Assembly (NCBI RefSeq): GCF_963921235.1
Contig: NC_086097.1
Coordinates: forward strand, 91,018,001-91,082,000
Reading direction: 5' to 3'
From: Mobula hypostoma
Taxonomy: Eukaryota
DNA length: 64,000 bases
Shown here piece after piece: positions 25,578 through 38,825 of the stretch; the stretch's first letter is position 1, and each line of letters starts with the position of its first letter. Made by a program: the position numbers and the translations under genes. The notes beneath the pieces were generated by a model. The model was not told the DNA's origin. It did not search any database and saw only the letters and a list, made by a program, of their open reading frames with translations.

Positions 25578-26112
25578 AGAATAGAACATAGAACAGCACA
25601 GTACTTGATGTTGGTACAGCTTTTTAATCTACTCTAAGATCAATATAATTGCCTCCTCTATAGCCCTCCATCTTTCCAGCATATATGTGCCTATCAAAGA
25701 GCTTCTTAAATGGCCCTAATGTATCCTTCTCTACCACCACCCCCGGCAGCATGCTCGACTCACGCACCACTCTTTGTGTATAAAACCTCTTTCTAACATA
25801 GTCCGTATACTTTTACCAATCACTTTAAAATTATAGTCCCTTGTATGTACTAGACACCTCCAACCTGGGAAAAAGTCTCTGCCAGTCCATTCAACTTATG
25901 CCTGTTATCATCTTATGCAACTCTATCAAGTCACCTCTCATCCTCCTTCACTCTGAAGAGAAAAGCTATAGTTTGCTCAACGTGAACTCATAAGACATAC
26001 GTATTCTCTAATCCAAGCAGCATCCTGGTAAGTCTCCTCTGCACCCTCTCTAAAGTTTCTACATCCTTCCCATAAAGATGAAACCAGAACTGAACACAAT
26101 ATTCCAAGCATA
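25578..26112 (-). mobile_element. Old CR1 3' fragment
   Basis: AGAATAGAACATAGAACAGCACAG tail and a body alignable to 15449-16000. Confidence 0.8.
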
Positions 26113-27469
26113 GAATAGATCTGTCAGCTCAGAAACCTGTGGACCATTGGCAACAGCAGACTAGCACATCACCACAAGGCAGTACCTCATGGAGTGGCCT
26201 ATCACACATTTACTGTCAGTCTGGGTGATCAACCCTGGTTAATAAAGAGTGTAGTAAGGTACCAGACATCCCTAAAATTAGGTGTTAGTGTGTTACGCTG
26301 GCACCCAGGACTACACATATGTTGAACAACAAAAGTATGCTCTAGGCTGCGCTGAGGGACTTCACAACCAAGAGATTACTAGATTGTGGCCTTGTTGTCC
26401 CACAACATTAGTCAAGAATAGTGGAGGACAACTTTTGGGAACAGGAAGCTCCCAGAATACCCATAACATCAATGTTAATGGAGCCCATCAGGTGACTGCT
26501 AAGGGCAAGACAGAAGCAGGTGTAGCCGAGTTCAGCAAAGGTGAGGGGATGATCAACCTCAGCTGATCTCCACCAGCACAGGAACAAGTCTTCAGCAGAT
26601 TTGATTCCCCCCAAATTTATGTCAAGGAACTATTGTGTGACAGGACCTAATAACATCCCAACAGTGTTCATGAAGACCTGCATTTCAGATCAAGCTGTAT
26701 CTCCAGCTAATTTGTTCTAGTACAGTTATAGCATTGGTATCTACTCGACTAGGTGGAAAATTTCTTAGGAACATCCCATCCACAAACAGCAGGACAAATT
26801 ACCTAACATGCCCAGTCTGACTTTATGATGGAAGGAAGGACTGATGAAGCATATGATAGTTGGGCCTAGGTAGCAGCCTTGAGAAGCTCCTGCAATGATA
26901 TTCTGAAGCGGAGTTGATTGGCTTCTAACAACTGCAGCCACTTTCCTTACTGTGAGGTATGGCTTCAAAATGATTTAACCTTCTTGAGTGGTACTCTGGC
27001 ATTGTTTTAAACAAGATCCCCTCCATGTCATGCACCATCCCAGCTTGGAAATTTATCACTTGACCTTTTTCACCACTGGGTCATAATCCTGGAATCCCCT
27101 CTTCAATAGCATGGTGAGAGTGATTTCATCAGAAGGACTCTGGCAGTTCAAGAAAATGGATCCCATCACCTTCTCATGACAATTTGGGATGGACCATAAA
27201 TGTTAGCCTTTCCTCAGTGACTCCCAGATTCAAATAAATAAATAAATAAAATAAATGGGAAGAGACGTATACGTAAATACCTAAATTGATATTTATGCAT
27301 TAATTCCTGGTATTGAGTGGGAAGATCTGAGACGTCTGAACCAATCCAATTCCCTGGTTACACTCATTACTCTAATAAAGAGGCTTTCTTGAGAAATGGA
27401 TTCATGGTGATATTTGCTTCACTATTTGAATGAGGGATACGTAGTCTTGAAATCTCCAGACAGAATTAC

Positions 27470-27655
27470 TATGGAGACAAAAGAGACTGCAGTTGCTAGA
27501 ATCTGGAGCAACAAACAATTTGCAGGAGGAAATCAATGGACTGAGTAGCATCTGAAAGGATCTGTCAATGGCTCAGGTTTAAGCTATGCATCAGGACTCC
27601 CAGAGCTGTTGCTACTCGACCTGCTGAGTTCCTCTGGCAGATTGTTCGTTGCTAC
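27470..27655. mobile_element. Old Penelope-like terminal-repeat mini-element
   Basis: GCAACAAACAATTTGCAGGAGGAA is inverted relative to TTCCTCTGGCAGATTGTTCGTTGC; same layout as 6870-7100. Confidence 0.55.
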
Positions 27656-27659
27656 TGAA

Positions 27660-27932
27660 TTATGCAGAGAAGTTCGCTGCTGACCGTACCATTTGGCGAC
27701 AGCTGTATAGGAATGGGGTTTGTATTCTGGAGATGGAAAGAACAACCAGAAGACAGCAGAAGAGAGCCAGGAGAGATGCAGCCATGGTTACCACCACTAC
27801 TACATATACATGTCCCACCTGCAATAGAGCTTGTGGGTCCAGGATAGGACTGTATAGTCATCAAAGATTTCACTGTTAAAGGAGTGGACGTTATCATTGG
27901 ATTTCAATGGACAACCCAAGAGAAGAGAGAGA
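27660..27932 (+). mobile_element. RTE-clade LINE 3' end
   Basis: AADRTIWRQ...YTCPTCNRACGSRIGLYSHQRFHC (C-terminal CCHH finger) followed by a short AAGAG-type tail. Confidence 0.8.
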
Positions 27933-28397
27933 TTGTAGTGGGAAATTGGGTAGGACTTGGCAAAATCTGGAGGGTGAGGAAAGGGAGGATTGAAGAGGTC
28001 TGACCTGCCCCTTGCCTACGTCTTTGATCTTGTCCAAATTAAAACAGCCACCAGCTCAATGTCCCTTAAGGCAATGGGCTGAGATCAAGCTGACACCATG
28101 ATTTTATTGATTTGCTGAGCATATTTCAGAGTTCAGGTGCCAGACTCTGCTCCCATTGGCTTGTAAACCAATACTCCATTTCTAAGTTATGAATGAGGAA
28201 TAGCAATTGAGGGAATATTGCTGTTATAAATCTGACCACAGATTTAAATTGGGCCAGACATCGACATGTGGTTCCATGTGCTCTTTCAGGTGAAATTTCT
28301 CTTGGCATTATTCCTAGAGTAAGGGAATTCACTATGGCAGCCCAGCCAATGGCTATCTCTCAATCAACATTACTGAAGTGATTTATCTGGTTAGTAT

Positions 28398-29392
28398 CTG
28401 TTCTGGATCCCTTACTCTTCGTGATTTTTATAAATGACCTGGATGAGGGAGTGGAGGGATGGATTAGTAAGTTTGTTGATGTCACAAAGGTTGGGGGTGC
28501 GTTGGATAGTGTAGAGGGCTGTCAGAGGTTGCAGGGGGACATTGATAGGATGCAAAACTGGGCTGAGAAGTGGCAGATGGAGTTCAACCCAGATAAGTGT
28601 GAAGTGGTTCATTTTGGTAGGTCAAATATGATGGCAGAATATAGTGTTAATGGTAAGACTCCTGGCAGTGTGGAGGATCAGAGGGATCTTGGGGTCCGAG
28701 TCCATAGGATGCTCAAAGCAGCTGTGGCAGGTTGACTCTGTGGTTAAGAAGGCATATGGTGTATTGGCCTTCATCAATAGTGGAATTGAATTTAGGAGAT
28801 GAGAGGTAATGTTGCAGCAACAAAGGACTCTGGTCAGACCCTACTTGGAGCACTGTGCTCAGTTCTGGTTGCCTCACTATAGGAAGGATGTGGAAACCAT
28901 AGAAAGGGTGCAGAGGAGATTTACAAGGATGTTGCCTGGATTGGGGAGCATGCCTTATGAAAACAGGTTGAGTGAACTTGGCCTTTTCTCCTTGGAGGGA
29001 CGGAGGATAGGAGGTGACCTGATAGAGGTGTATAAGATGATGAGAGGCATTGATCATGTGGATAGTCAGAGGCTTTTTCTCAGGGCTGAAATGGCTGCCA
29101 CAAGAGGGCACAGGTTTAAGGTGCTTGGGAGTAGGTACAGAGGTGATGTCAGGGGTAAGTTTTTTATGCAGAGAGTGGTGACTGCATGGAATGGGCTGCC
29201 GGCAACGGTGGTGGAGGTGGATACGACAGGGTCTTTTAAAAGACTTTTGGATAGGTACATGGAGCTTAGAAAAATGGAAGGCTATGGGTAACCCTAGTAA
29301 TTTCTAAGGTAGGGACATGCTCAGCACAACTTTGTGGGCCGAAGGGCCTGTATTGTGCTGTAGGTTTTTTGTTTCTATCATATTCTATTTAT
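28398..29392 (+). mobile_element. CR1 LINE 3' fragment, relatively young
   Basis: ORFs 28421..28735 and 28809..29291 encode the RT C-terminus; highly similar to 38826-39785 and 15449-16070. Confidence 0.95.
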
Positions 29393-30269
29393 TTGAACCA
29401 TTGGCAGCAACATTTCCTACAGGGGTGATAATTCATTGACAATAAATTCTTTGTAATGCCCTTGGTTTGTGAAAGGTATTATTTAAACACTTATATAATC
29501 ATAGCACAAAACCAGGCCTTCAGCCCAACTCATCCATGTACACCAAGGTAACTAGATTAGATTAGATTAGATTATGAGGACACTACCAAAGCTTATTGCA
29601 TATTTCCCTAAACCTTTCCTGTCAATGTACTTATCTGAATGTCTTTTAAATATCATTATTGATCTTGCCTCAACTGCTTTCTCTGACAGATTGACCCATG
29701 TATGCACTGCCTTCTGGCTGAAGAAGTTGCCCTCCCATCCAGGTCCCTTTTAAATCTTTTTTTTCCTATCACTTTAAATTTACACCTTCCAGTGTTAGGT
29801 TTCCTTTCCCTGGGAAATAAAGACTGTGTCCCTCATACTTGTGTTTCATTTCCTTCCCAATTGTGGGCAGATACAACCTTCAACCAGCCACGAATTTACC
29901 AACCACACAAGAAATAACAGAGAATTTGCCTCAGCACTATTAACTGTCTGTATACAGCTTATCTGTATCAAGCTGTCTCTTTCACTCAGTCTGCCTGTCT
30001 ATAACTCTGTATTTTAAAAAGTGCTTAGTGAAATGGACTCTGAATAAACCTTCAGAAACCTGGACCTACCAGGGAACTGGTTAAAAATGAAGGAAACTCT
30101 CTCCTCCTGCACCAATGCCTTTTACTATAGACTTTTTAAAATTCCTACATTGTTAATGCAAATAGTATGGAAAATAATCTGCGTCCGTTTATCGTGAATC
30201 AATTTACCAAAAACTTGGCAGAAGGTTTTGAGGTGTTCAGCCAAAAGCAACTACTTGCCTAATTTTAAA

Positions 30270-30885
30270 CTCTCTCTCTCTCTTTCTCTCTCTCACTCTC
30301 GCTCTGACCTCCAGGAACACTGGACTAACGGGCTGTTAGAATTCATCTTCCAAATGACTGCACAAGAGACTGTTCGGTGTCAGTGAAAGCTCTAGATTTT
30401 GTGAAAGGGGAGGGGATGAGAGGAGACAGCTAGCGATGGAGGGCTGCAGGCAGCACAGATATTAGACAGTTGCAGGGCAATGTGACAGTATTTCGTGCAG
30501 GCAAAATGCTGATAAATTACCCACACTGAGAGTCAGCGCCTTCCCTTATTCTGTCGGGTTTGGCAGTGGCAAGCAAGAACGGAGGCTTGTCAGCAGTGAA
30601 TGTGTTGATATGTATGTGTGTGTGTGACAGAAAGAGAGAGAGAGAGAGAGAGAGAGAAAGGAGGTGGGGGGGGGGATTTGAAAGGGGTCTCTCTGGTGCG
30701 GGGGAGACAAAAACCCGCCGAGGATTCCCGCCGCTCTCTCAATGTCACGATCCACCACAGGAAATCTATCTACACAGCTTCCTTTCTCCCGGGGAAGGGA
30801 GATTACAATTAGCTTTTCATCGTGAGTTTTTGGCAGATTCGGCAGCATACTCGGTCCCGAGGAGAAAACCAGGCATCGGGTAAGA
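30270..30885 (+). promoter_or_regulatory. Candidate promoter or non-coding first exon ending at splice donor CGG|GTAAGA (GT at 30880-30881)
   Basis: TE-poor unique sequence with locally raised CpG, (TC)n at 30271, (TG)n/(GA)n at 30612-30658 and a near-consensus donor. Inference only. Confidence 0.4.
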
Positions 30886-32989
30886 CAAAACTGCAATTTT
30901 ACTTGGATCGCTTAACTTGAGGGGTTACATGACATGAGGGGATGGGTTGCAAAGGTTATTTACAAAACTACAGAAATTAGCGATTTTTTTTTCAAAATGC
31001 ATAAAATGATATCCTTTTCTTCCCCTTGCTTGTTTTTCCCCAGAAACTCTGTCCATTTGTATCATATCTCCCTCTCACAATTTAGCCCCAATGGCAGTTT
31101 CTGATTTCAGTATTCTGTTGGGATTGTAGAGGATGAATGAGAGACCGTTGTCCCTTACTGAGGCATCCCTGAGTATTGCAAATTGCTTGTATTGCAGACT
31201 GGAGCCTCCAGAGGTACAGTGGGCTGTGGGGGTGGTAGGGGAACATTTGTCAGAGAAGCTGATCTCTCTATATGGAGCTGTTTTAAAAAGCATTTGAACT
31301 TATTTCTGTGTTGTGCTGCCGCTGTTTGGAACCACAGAGCATAGACTTTCAGAGACGAGCTTTACGGTATGCTTCATAACTAAAGTTGTTGAAATCCCAC
31401 CTGATTAGCTTCATGAAGGGTTTTGTTTTTTCCTCAGTTGTAATTACTTTGTTTGAGAAACTTGCCAATGCAGCAATTCTGGGTGAAATTCGGGTTATGC
31501 ACCTGCGGTTCCTTGCAAAGGGCAAGGGATGGGAGATGGTGATGTGGGGATGTGAAAGGGTAGCGGGTGTGATTTGCAGGAGGGGGAGGTTCCAGGTTTT
31601 GTGGCTTCGGAAAAGATTACAACGGCAAACGCCTCACCACCTTTACAGTTGCTGCCATGCTTTGAAAACTGCCAACTTGATCTGAAAAGCAGCTGCAAAG
31701 TTATATACTGTATTGCCAAACATGGTGACGGGATGCAGGCTGAAGCGCAAGGTCCATGTGATGAAAATGGCGCTAAATCCCGCCAGCCAATCTTGCATGC
31801 TGACAAGGAAAGCATTGGTTCTTAGAGGGACAGGGACCTCAGAGGTAATTTTAAAAAGAGTCCACTACCACAAGCCCTCAGAAGTTATCGTAGAACACCT
31901 CAACCGAATGCTTTCCAACAACATTGATATGAAACGCTTAGTTTATTGGAGACTTCAATATAATTGAGCGTTTATGCCTATCATTGTGTATTTGCTTTGC
32001 AACAATAACCGCAGAACACAACAAATAAAAATTCCCTTTCTTTTTCTGAAGTAAAAGTTGAAACAGGTTGGATTGAATTCACAGCAGGTGGCGGCAGGGA
32101 GTCACTATCCAATAGCTCGTGGGCTGGGGCCGCCTGGGGGGGGGGAATAATATTTAAATAGCTCTCAAACGGTGGCAACCTTTTCAGCAATTGTTCTTGT
32201 TACCCCCTCTGTGATTTGTGATAACTTAAGAGTTCGTAACCGCTGTGTGCGTTTTTTTTTACTAAAGAATGATTTGCAGTAAATAAACAATGCCGAAACA
32301 ATTGTGGTGGACAGTGGGAGAGGAACAGTCTGTGTCAGGCGGAAGGGTCCATTTGTTGGACTTGGCTTGTGCACTTGAGTGAAGGAGGGTCGCGTTTTTG
32401 ACTTTCAGCGTGCTGCGTGTGTTGGACAATGCCTATTCAGTACTTGCTATTCATTACACAGTCGTTATTGGTTCACTCTGCAGCACTAGACGATCCATAA
32501 TGCAGAATATGTCCGAGATTTTAATTAAGAGCCCATTCCGCCACACTTTGTGTGATCAAAGCTTTCAATGACTCTCCCCGAGGGGAATTAAAATAAGATA
32601 TACAGAAGTTTTTTCTAATACATTAAGTGTGCCTTAACTAATATATGCCGTTTAATTTGATGAAGGGAAGTATACGAACGGATTGTGGAATTCAGTGACT
32701 GAGAGAATTAGGTCAGTCCACAGATACAAGCAGCTCCCAGGAAACTGCAAAAACAAATTTTAAACAAATTAAGTTCTATATAAAAATGCCAAATAGTCTT
32801 GTAAGATATTTGCTGCAGGCAAATTTTGAACGTATAGATTTGTAGAGTAAGTGCAATATGGTTGAAAATAGTGAGTAAGTTTGGGGGTTTCTTTAAGATC
32901 AACATGTCTCCTCATCGCTTTTGAATTCTTTTTTGATCAGTGATTGCAGTTAGGAATAAAATGATCGAAATCTTCGCATATCACACAGA

Positions 32990-33135
32990 GTGGAGGATAG
33001 GCAATGTTGTTTTGCTGTTCAAGAAAGGCTCTAAACATAAACCAGGAAATTATAGGCCAGTGAATCTAACATCAGTTGTGCGAAAGTTATTGGAAGGTAT
33101 TCTAAGAGATTAACTCATTGGAGATATAGCGATAA
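32990..33135 (+). mobile_element. Short CR1 RT fragment
   Basis: GATAGGCAATGTTGTT...AAACCAGGAAATTATAGGCCAGTGAATCTAACATCAG (KPGNYRPV motif). Confidence 0.75.
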
Positions 33136-34019
33136 CGTGTACTGGGGGAAAAGGCTCCGTCAGAGAGCTGGACTATCATCAAAATCATTACAAATCTCAA
33201 AACTAGATCTAATAGCATCTGTTGTTCATGCATAGAACAGATAGATCGTCCGAGTCTTCTAGACGGAATCATGGCCTCCAGTATATTGGGGTAGGCAATG
33301 TGCTGATGGACGGCTACGGCCTGAAGCATTGACTGTTTGCTCCTTTCCATGGGTGCCGCCTGGCCTGCTGAGTTCCTCCAGCATTGTGTGTGTGTTGACT
33401 TCCATGTATAATACATTGTAGTTTTGCTAGAGTCAGCTGTGCGCACAGTGATGCCAGTCTGCCAGTCTACTTATCGCATGCTCCCTCCACAACCTGCACA
33501 AGTTGAAGAGTGGAAACAGTCTGAGACCTTTGGTGAATATCCCATGGAAAGCAGGGGACTCAACTCACTGTGAGTGCCAATTGACTGATGTTGATGGCCA
33601 CAGTATCTCCAGTCTCAGTTCCCAATGCTATTGGACACTACATCAGGGTGACCCTCCACGGTCTGAAGCCTCCATGTAGTTCACGTCAGAGCTGCTACCT
33701 GTGGTCACTGGCTCCTTGACCAGCCCCTGACCTAATGTGGGTGGGCCCACACATGGTGGGGGAAGGGTGTCAATCGGGGCAAATGATCCGCACTCGGCTG
33801 GTTCGACACAGAGGAGAGTGCCATGTCCCCTCACCAACCCTCCTGCCAACCGCTGTGCTTTCCGTCCTCCCCCATGGCAGTCTTTATACAGATGGTCAGG
33901 GACTTGACACCTTTCCTTCTGATGCAACAGCTGTGAGCTTTCCATGCAGCCTGCATTGGTGTTACACAGGTCCCATTTTAGTGCAAGGTTGCAGGTGCAA
34001 ATCTGTTTCTAACGTATTA

Positions 34020-34330
34020 TGGAGCAGCTGGTAGAGACTCAGGTTCAATCCTGATCCCAGTGCTATCCACATGGAGTTTGCATGTCCTCCTTTCCTTTGG
34101 GTGCTCTGGGTTCCCCCCCCCTCCTCCCTCAGACTAGTGGGTTGCTACTATAAAGGCTTGGTTCAGACTGCTCTTGGTGCAAAGGTAAGCGGTAGAACCT
34201 GGGGAGAGTCCATAGGTGTGTGAAGAGAATACAGTGAGTCAGGATATGATTAGTGTAAAAATGGGAGCTTGATGGTTGGTGCACACAATGGGTTGAAGAC
34301 CCTATGTCTATGCTGCATCTCACTATTATT
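34020..34330 (+). mobile_element. V-SINE/HE1-like tRNA-derived SINE
   Basis: B box GGTTCAATCC, V-domain-like TGGAGTTTGCATGT...GGGTGCTCTGG and a CR1-like tail. Confidence 0.7.
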
Positions 34331-35269
34331 CACTCTAACTCTCCCTTTACCTAATTTAGCAAATTATTTCAAGTAATGCATTGAGCACCTGTTATAGCAC
34401 TTGTTTAGTGCACATGAGCAGAATGAAGTGCAATTTCTAGGCAATAGCCAGTAACATCGGGTGTTTAGGAATTTGCTATTGAGTAATAGTGCGAGGGAGT
34501 TAGATTAACGTGAACAAAAGTATATGTATATTTGGCACAGGGGTGGTGGGGATGGAGTTGCACTTTGAAGCATCTGGATTAATGTTATACATTCAGCTTT
34601 CTTTGGGATGGGGTTGAGGCTTACTGAGCAACTATTGGACTAAATGTCAGAAGAGATTCAGACCACAATTCTGCCAACATTTAGTCAATAATGTAATTTA
34701 ATCTAGATATTCGATAATTCAGCCCTGCATAGCGTGTCACTGAATGATGTTAGCACAGGGTTTTGGCATTAATCAAACCATTTTTGTTGTTATTTAGCTT
34801 TTAGAAAGGGTAGTAGCGGCAAGACCCACTTCAAGGCTGATCATGGTGACACGACTGATTTAAGATCTGATGATGTCTCAAGCTTTAAAATGATGGCAAT
34901 ACTGCCCCTTAAAAACCATTATGAAGTGGTACCCCTGATGAAAAGCTGGAATAAATTCTCTTAAAAATGTGTTATTCAATTTGACCAACTCCCTCCTCCA
35001 ACTACTCATCAAAGCATATTTGAATGCTTGAGTTTTAATATTCTTCAAATGACATTTAAATTAAGAATAAAATAACTCAGTGATAAATTATTTTCTTTCC
35101 TTTATTGCATGCTGGGAGAAAGCAGTACACTGATCCTGTCCCTGTCCTGTAATCCACAGTGGAATATTCTAATAAAACGAGGCTGTTAAGGTCATACTGG
35201 GTTAACTTTGACCTCCCTGGCAGACATGAAAGTTAATGTCTGATGACACTGTATCAGACATGAGAGTTC

Positions 35270-35600
35270 TAGAGGCATACAACACTGAAACACACTCTTC
35301 TCTCACTAATACCATGCAGACCATCAATTACTATTTACACTGAACCTACAGTAATCCATTTTTTAAAATTCCCCACATTCCAATCAACTTCCACCAGTTT
35401 CCATCACTCACCTACACATTAGGGAAAATTTACAGTGACCAATCAACTACTACTATGTATGCAAACTTGAGTTTGCAGAAGAAATTATAACAGGAAGAAC
35501 ATGCAAACTCCACACGGACAGCACTTGATGTCAGGATTGAACCCATGTCTCTGGGACTGTGAGGCAGCAGCTTTACTAGCTGTGCTACTATGCCAGCTAG
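35270..35600 (-). mobile_element. V-SINE/HE1-like SINE
   Basis: Minus strand reads GGCATAGTAGCACAGCTAGT (A box)...GGTTCAATCC (B box)...GTGGAGTTTGCATGTTCT. Confidence 0.75.
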
Positions 35601-35685
35601 TCTCCTAGACTGGTGGTAGAACTGCTGGTGGAAAGAGAACAAAAGTCCATCTAATTCAGTTTCCTGGTGGTTGCATAATCCAGTG

Positions 35686-38678
35686 ATAACCATAAGACAT
35701 AGGAGCAGAATTAGGCCATCTGGCCCATTGAGTCTGCTCCACCATTCATTGATGGCTGACTCTTTTTTTTTCTCCCCGTAACCTTTGATGCCATGTCCAA
35801 TCAAGAACCTATCAATCTCTGCCTTAAATACATCCAACAACCTGGCCTCCACAGCTGCACGTAGCAACAAATTCCACAATTTCACCACCTTTGGCTAAAG
35901 AAATTTCTTCACATCTCTGTTTTGGAAGGGTACCCCTCTATCCTGAGGCTGTGCCCTCTTGTCCTAGACTCTCCCACCATGGGAAACATCCTTTCCACAT
36001 CTACTCTGTCTAGGCCTTTCAACATTTGAAAGGTTTCAATGAGATACCCCCTCATCCTTTTGAATTCCAGTGAGTACAGACCCACAGCCATCAAACATCC
36101 CTCGTATGATAACCCTTTCCTTCCTGGAATCACCCTTGTGAACCTCCTCTGAACCCTCTCCAATGCCAGCATACCTTTCCTAAGATGAGCGGCTCAAAAC
36201 TGTTCACAATTCTCAAGGTGAGACCTCATCAGTGCCTTATAAAGCCTCAGCATCACATCCTTGCTCTTGTATTCTGGACCTCTTGAAATGAACATGGCAT
36301 TTGCCTTCCTCCCCACCGACTCAACCTGCAAGTTAACCCTTAAGGTATTCTGCACAAGGACTCCCAAGTCCCTTTGCATCTCAGATTTTTGGATTTTCTC
36401 CCCGCTTAGAAAATAGTCTGCACATTTATTTCTACTTTCAAAGTGCATGACCATGCATTTTCCAACATTCTGTATGAGGGGTGTTTGTGGCCTAGGGTAG
36501 AAGGAGTCAATTTTATAAAACCTAGCATATTTATTTTTCAACATAGTCCCCTCGTACATTTACACACTTAGTCCAGCAGTCGTGGAGCATACAGATCCCT
36601 TCTTTGTAGAAGTGGTCCACAGCAGGGATGATTGATAAGTTTGTGGCCCAAGGTAGAAGGAGTCAATTTTAGAAAACCTAGCACATTTATTTTTCAACAT
36701 AGTCCCCTCCTACATGTACACACTTAGTCCAGCGGTCGTGGAGCATATGAATCCCTTCTTTGTAGAAGTGGCCCACAGCAGGGGTGATTGATAAGTTTGA
36801 GGCCTAAGGTAGAAGGAAATGAGTTATGAACTTCAAACCTTCTGCATTATCACTCAAAGAGTTGAACTGGATGTACATTTAATGAGAGTGTCTTGGACCT
36901 CCAGGTGGTCCACAGCAGAGGTGATTGATAAGTTCGTGACCTAAGGTAGAAGGAGATGAGTTATACAGCTCTCTTTGAGTGAAAATGCAGAAAGTTTGAA
37001 GTTAGTATCTCATCTCCTTCTACCTTAGGCCATGAACTTATCAATCACCCCTGCTGTGGATCACCCCTGGAGGTCCAAGAAGAAAACCATGCTGACTTCT
37101 ACAAAGATGGGACCCGTATGCTCCACGATCGCTGGACTAAGTGTGTAAATGTAGGAAAAATAAATTTGCTAGGTCTTCTAAAATTGACTCCTACCTTAGG
37201 CCACAAACTTAACAATCACCCCGTATCATTTGCAACTTTCTTGCCCATTCCCCGAATCTGTCTAGGTCCTTCTGCATCCTGCCTGTTTCCTCAACACTAC
37301 CTGCCCCTCCACCAATCTTTGTATCATCTGCAAACTTGGGAAAAAGCCATCTACCCCATCATTTAAATCATTTATATACAGCATAAAAAGAAGTGGTCCC
37401 AACACCGACCCCTGCGGAACACCACTAGTTATTGGCAGCCAAACAGAAAAGGATTCTTTTATTCCCACTCGCTGCCTCCTACCAATCAGCCAATGCTCTA
37501 ACCATGTTAGTAATGCTCCTGTAATACCATGGGCTCTTAATTTGATAAGCAGCCTCATGTGTGGCACCTTATGAAAGTCTAAATATACAACATCTACTAT
37601 ATCCCCCTAATCCATCCTACTTGTAATCTCATCAAAGAATCCTAACATGTTTGTCAGGCAGGATTTTCCCTGAAGAAAACCATGCTGACTTTGTACTATC
37701 TTGTCTTGTGTCACCAAGTACTCATCGCCTCATCTTTAACAATTGACTCTAACATCTTCCCAACCACCGAGGTCAGGCTAACTGGTCTATAATTTTCTTT
37801 CTGCTGCCTTCCTCCTTTCTTAAATTTCTTAATGAATGGAGTGACATTTGCAATTTTCCAGAACTCTGGCACCATGCCAGAGTCCAATAATTTTTGAAAG
37901 ATCATTTCTAATGCCACCACAATCTCTAACATTACCTCTTTCAGAACCCTAGGATGCAGTTCATCTGGTCCGAGTGACTTACGTACCTTTAGGTCTTCCA
38001 GCTTTTTGAGCACCTTCTCTCTTATAATAGTATCTGCACCCACTTCTCTTCCTTCACACACTACAACATCAGGCATACTGCTAGTATCTTCCACAGTGAA
38101 GACTGATGCAAAATACTCATTTAGTTCATCAGTCATCTCCTTGCCCCCTGTTATTATTTCTCCGGCCTCATTTTCTAGCAGCCTTATTTTCACTCTCATT
38201 TCTCTTTTATTTTTAACATACTTGAAAAAACTTTTACTGTCCACTTTGACATTGTTTGCTAGCTTGCTTTCATCTTTCATCTTTTCCCTTCTAATGATAT
38301 TTTTAGTTGCTCTCTGTAGGTTTCTAAAAACTTCCTAATTCTCTATCTTCCCACTAACTTTTGCTTTGTTGTATGCCCTTTCTTTTGCTTTTACAATAGC
38401 TTTGACTTCCCTTGTCAGCCATGGTTGTACTTGAGCATTTCTTCATTTTTGGAATACAGATGTCCTGCACCTTTCTCATTTTTCTCAGAAACGCACACCA
38501 TTGCTGCTTTGCTGACATCTCTGGTAGCAGTTCCTTCCAATTTCCTTTGGCCAGCTCCTCTCTCATACCACTGTAATTTCCCTTACTCCACTGAAATACT
38601 GCTACATCAGGCTTTACTTTCTCCCTATCAAATTTCAAGTTAACCTCAATCATATTGTGATCACTGGTTCCTAAGGAT
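35686..38678 (-). mobile_element. CR1 LINE (much of ORF2), interrupted by a mariner MITE
   Basis: ORFs 37711..38280 (KSLGPDELHPRVLKE, NYRPVSLTS), 37262..37567 ([10 protein letters not shown]) and 35909..36172. Confidence 0.95.
36475..37223. mobile_element. Mariner-derived composite MITE with multiple internal TIR copies
   Basis: TA at 36473-74 and 37224-25. TIR GGGGTGATTGATAAGTT forward at ~36625, 36781 and 36919 and reverse at ~37035 and ~37205. Same family as 20656. Confidence 0.88.
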
Positions 38679-38825
38679 CTGTTGGCTCACAATGGCAATA
38701 ACTCACTATCAGTTATCCAAAACATACCCAGGGATGTACTGAAAAAGTTACAGCAGTAAACGGGATTTACAAGCTATTGAACTCTGTCATTGTTCTTTCA
38801 AAATAAGCAGTTATCAACACATCTT

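Noticed and set aside
27649..27879. Host C2H2 zinc-finger exon
   Set aside because: The finger is preceded by the ADR..WR motif and followed by a short repeat tail, which fits an RTE LINE C-terminus.
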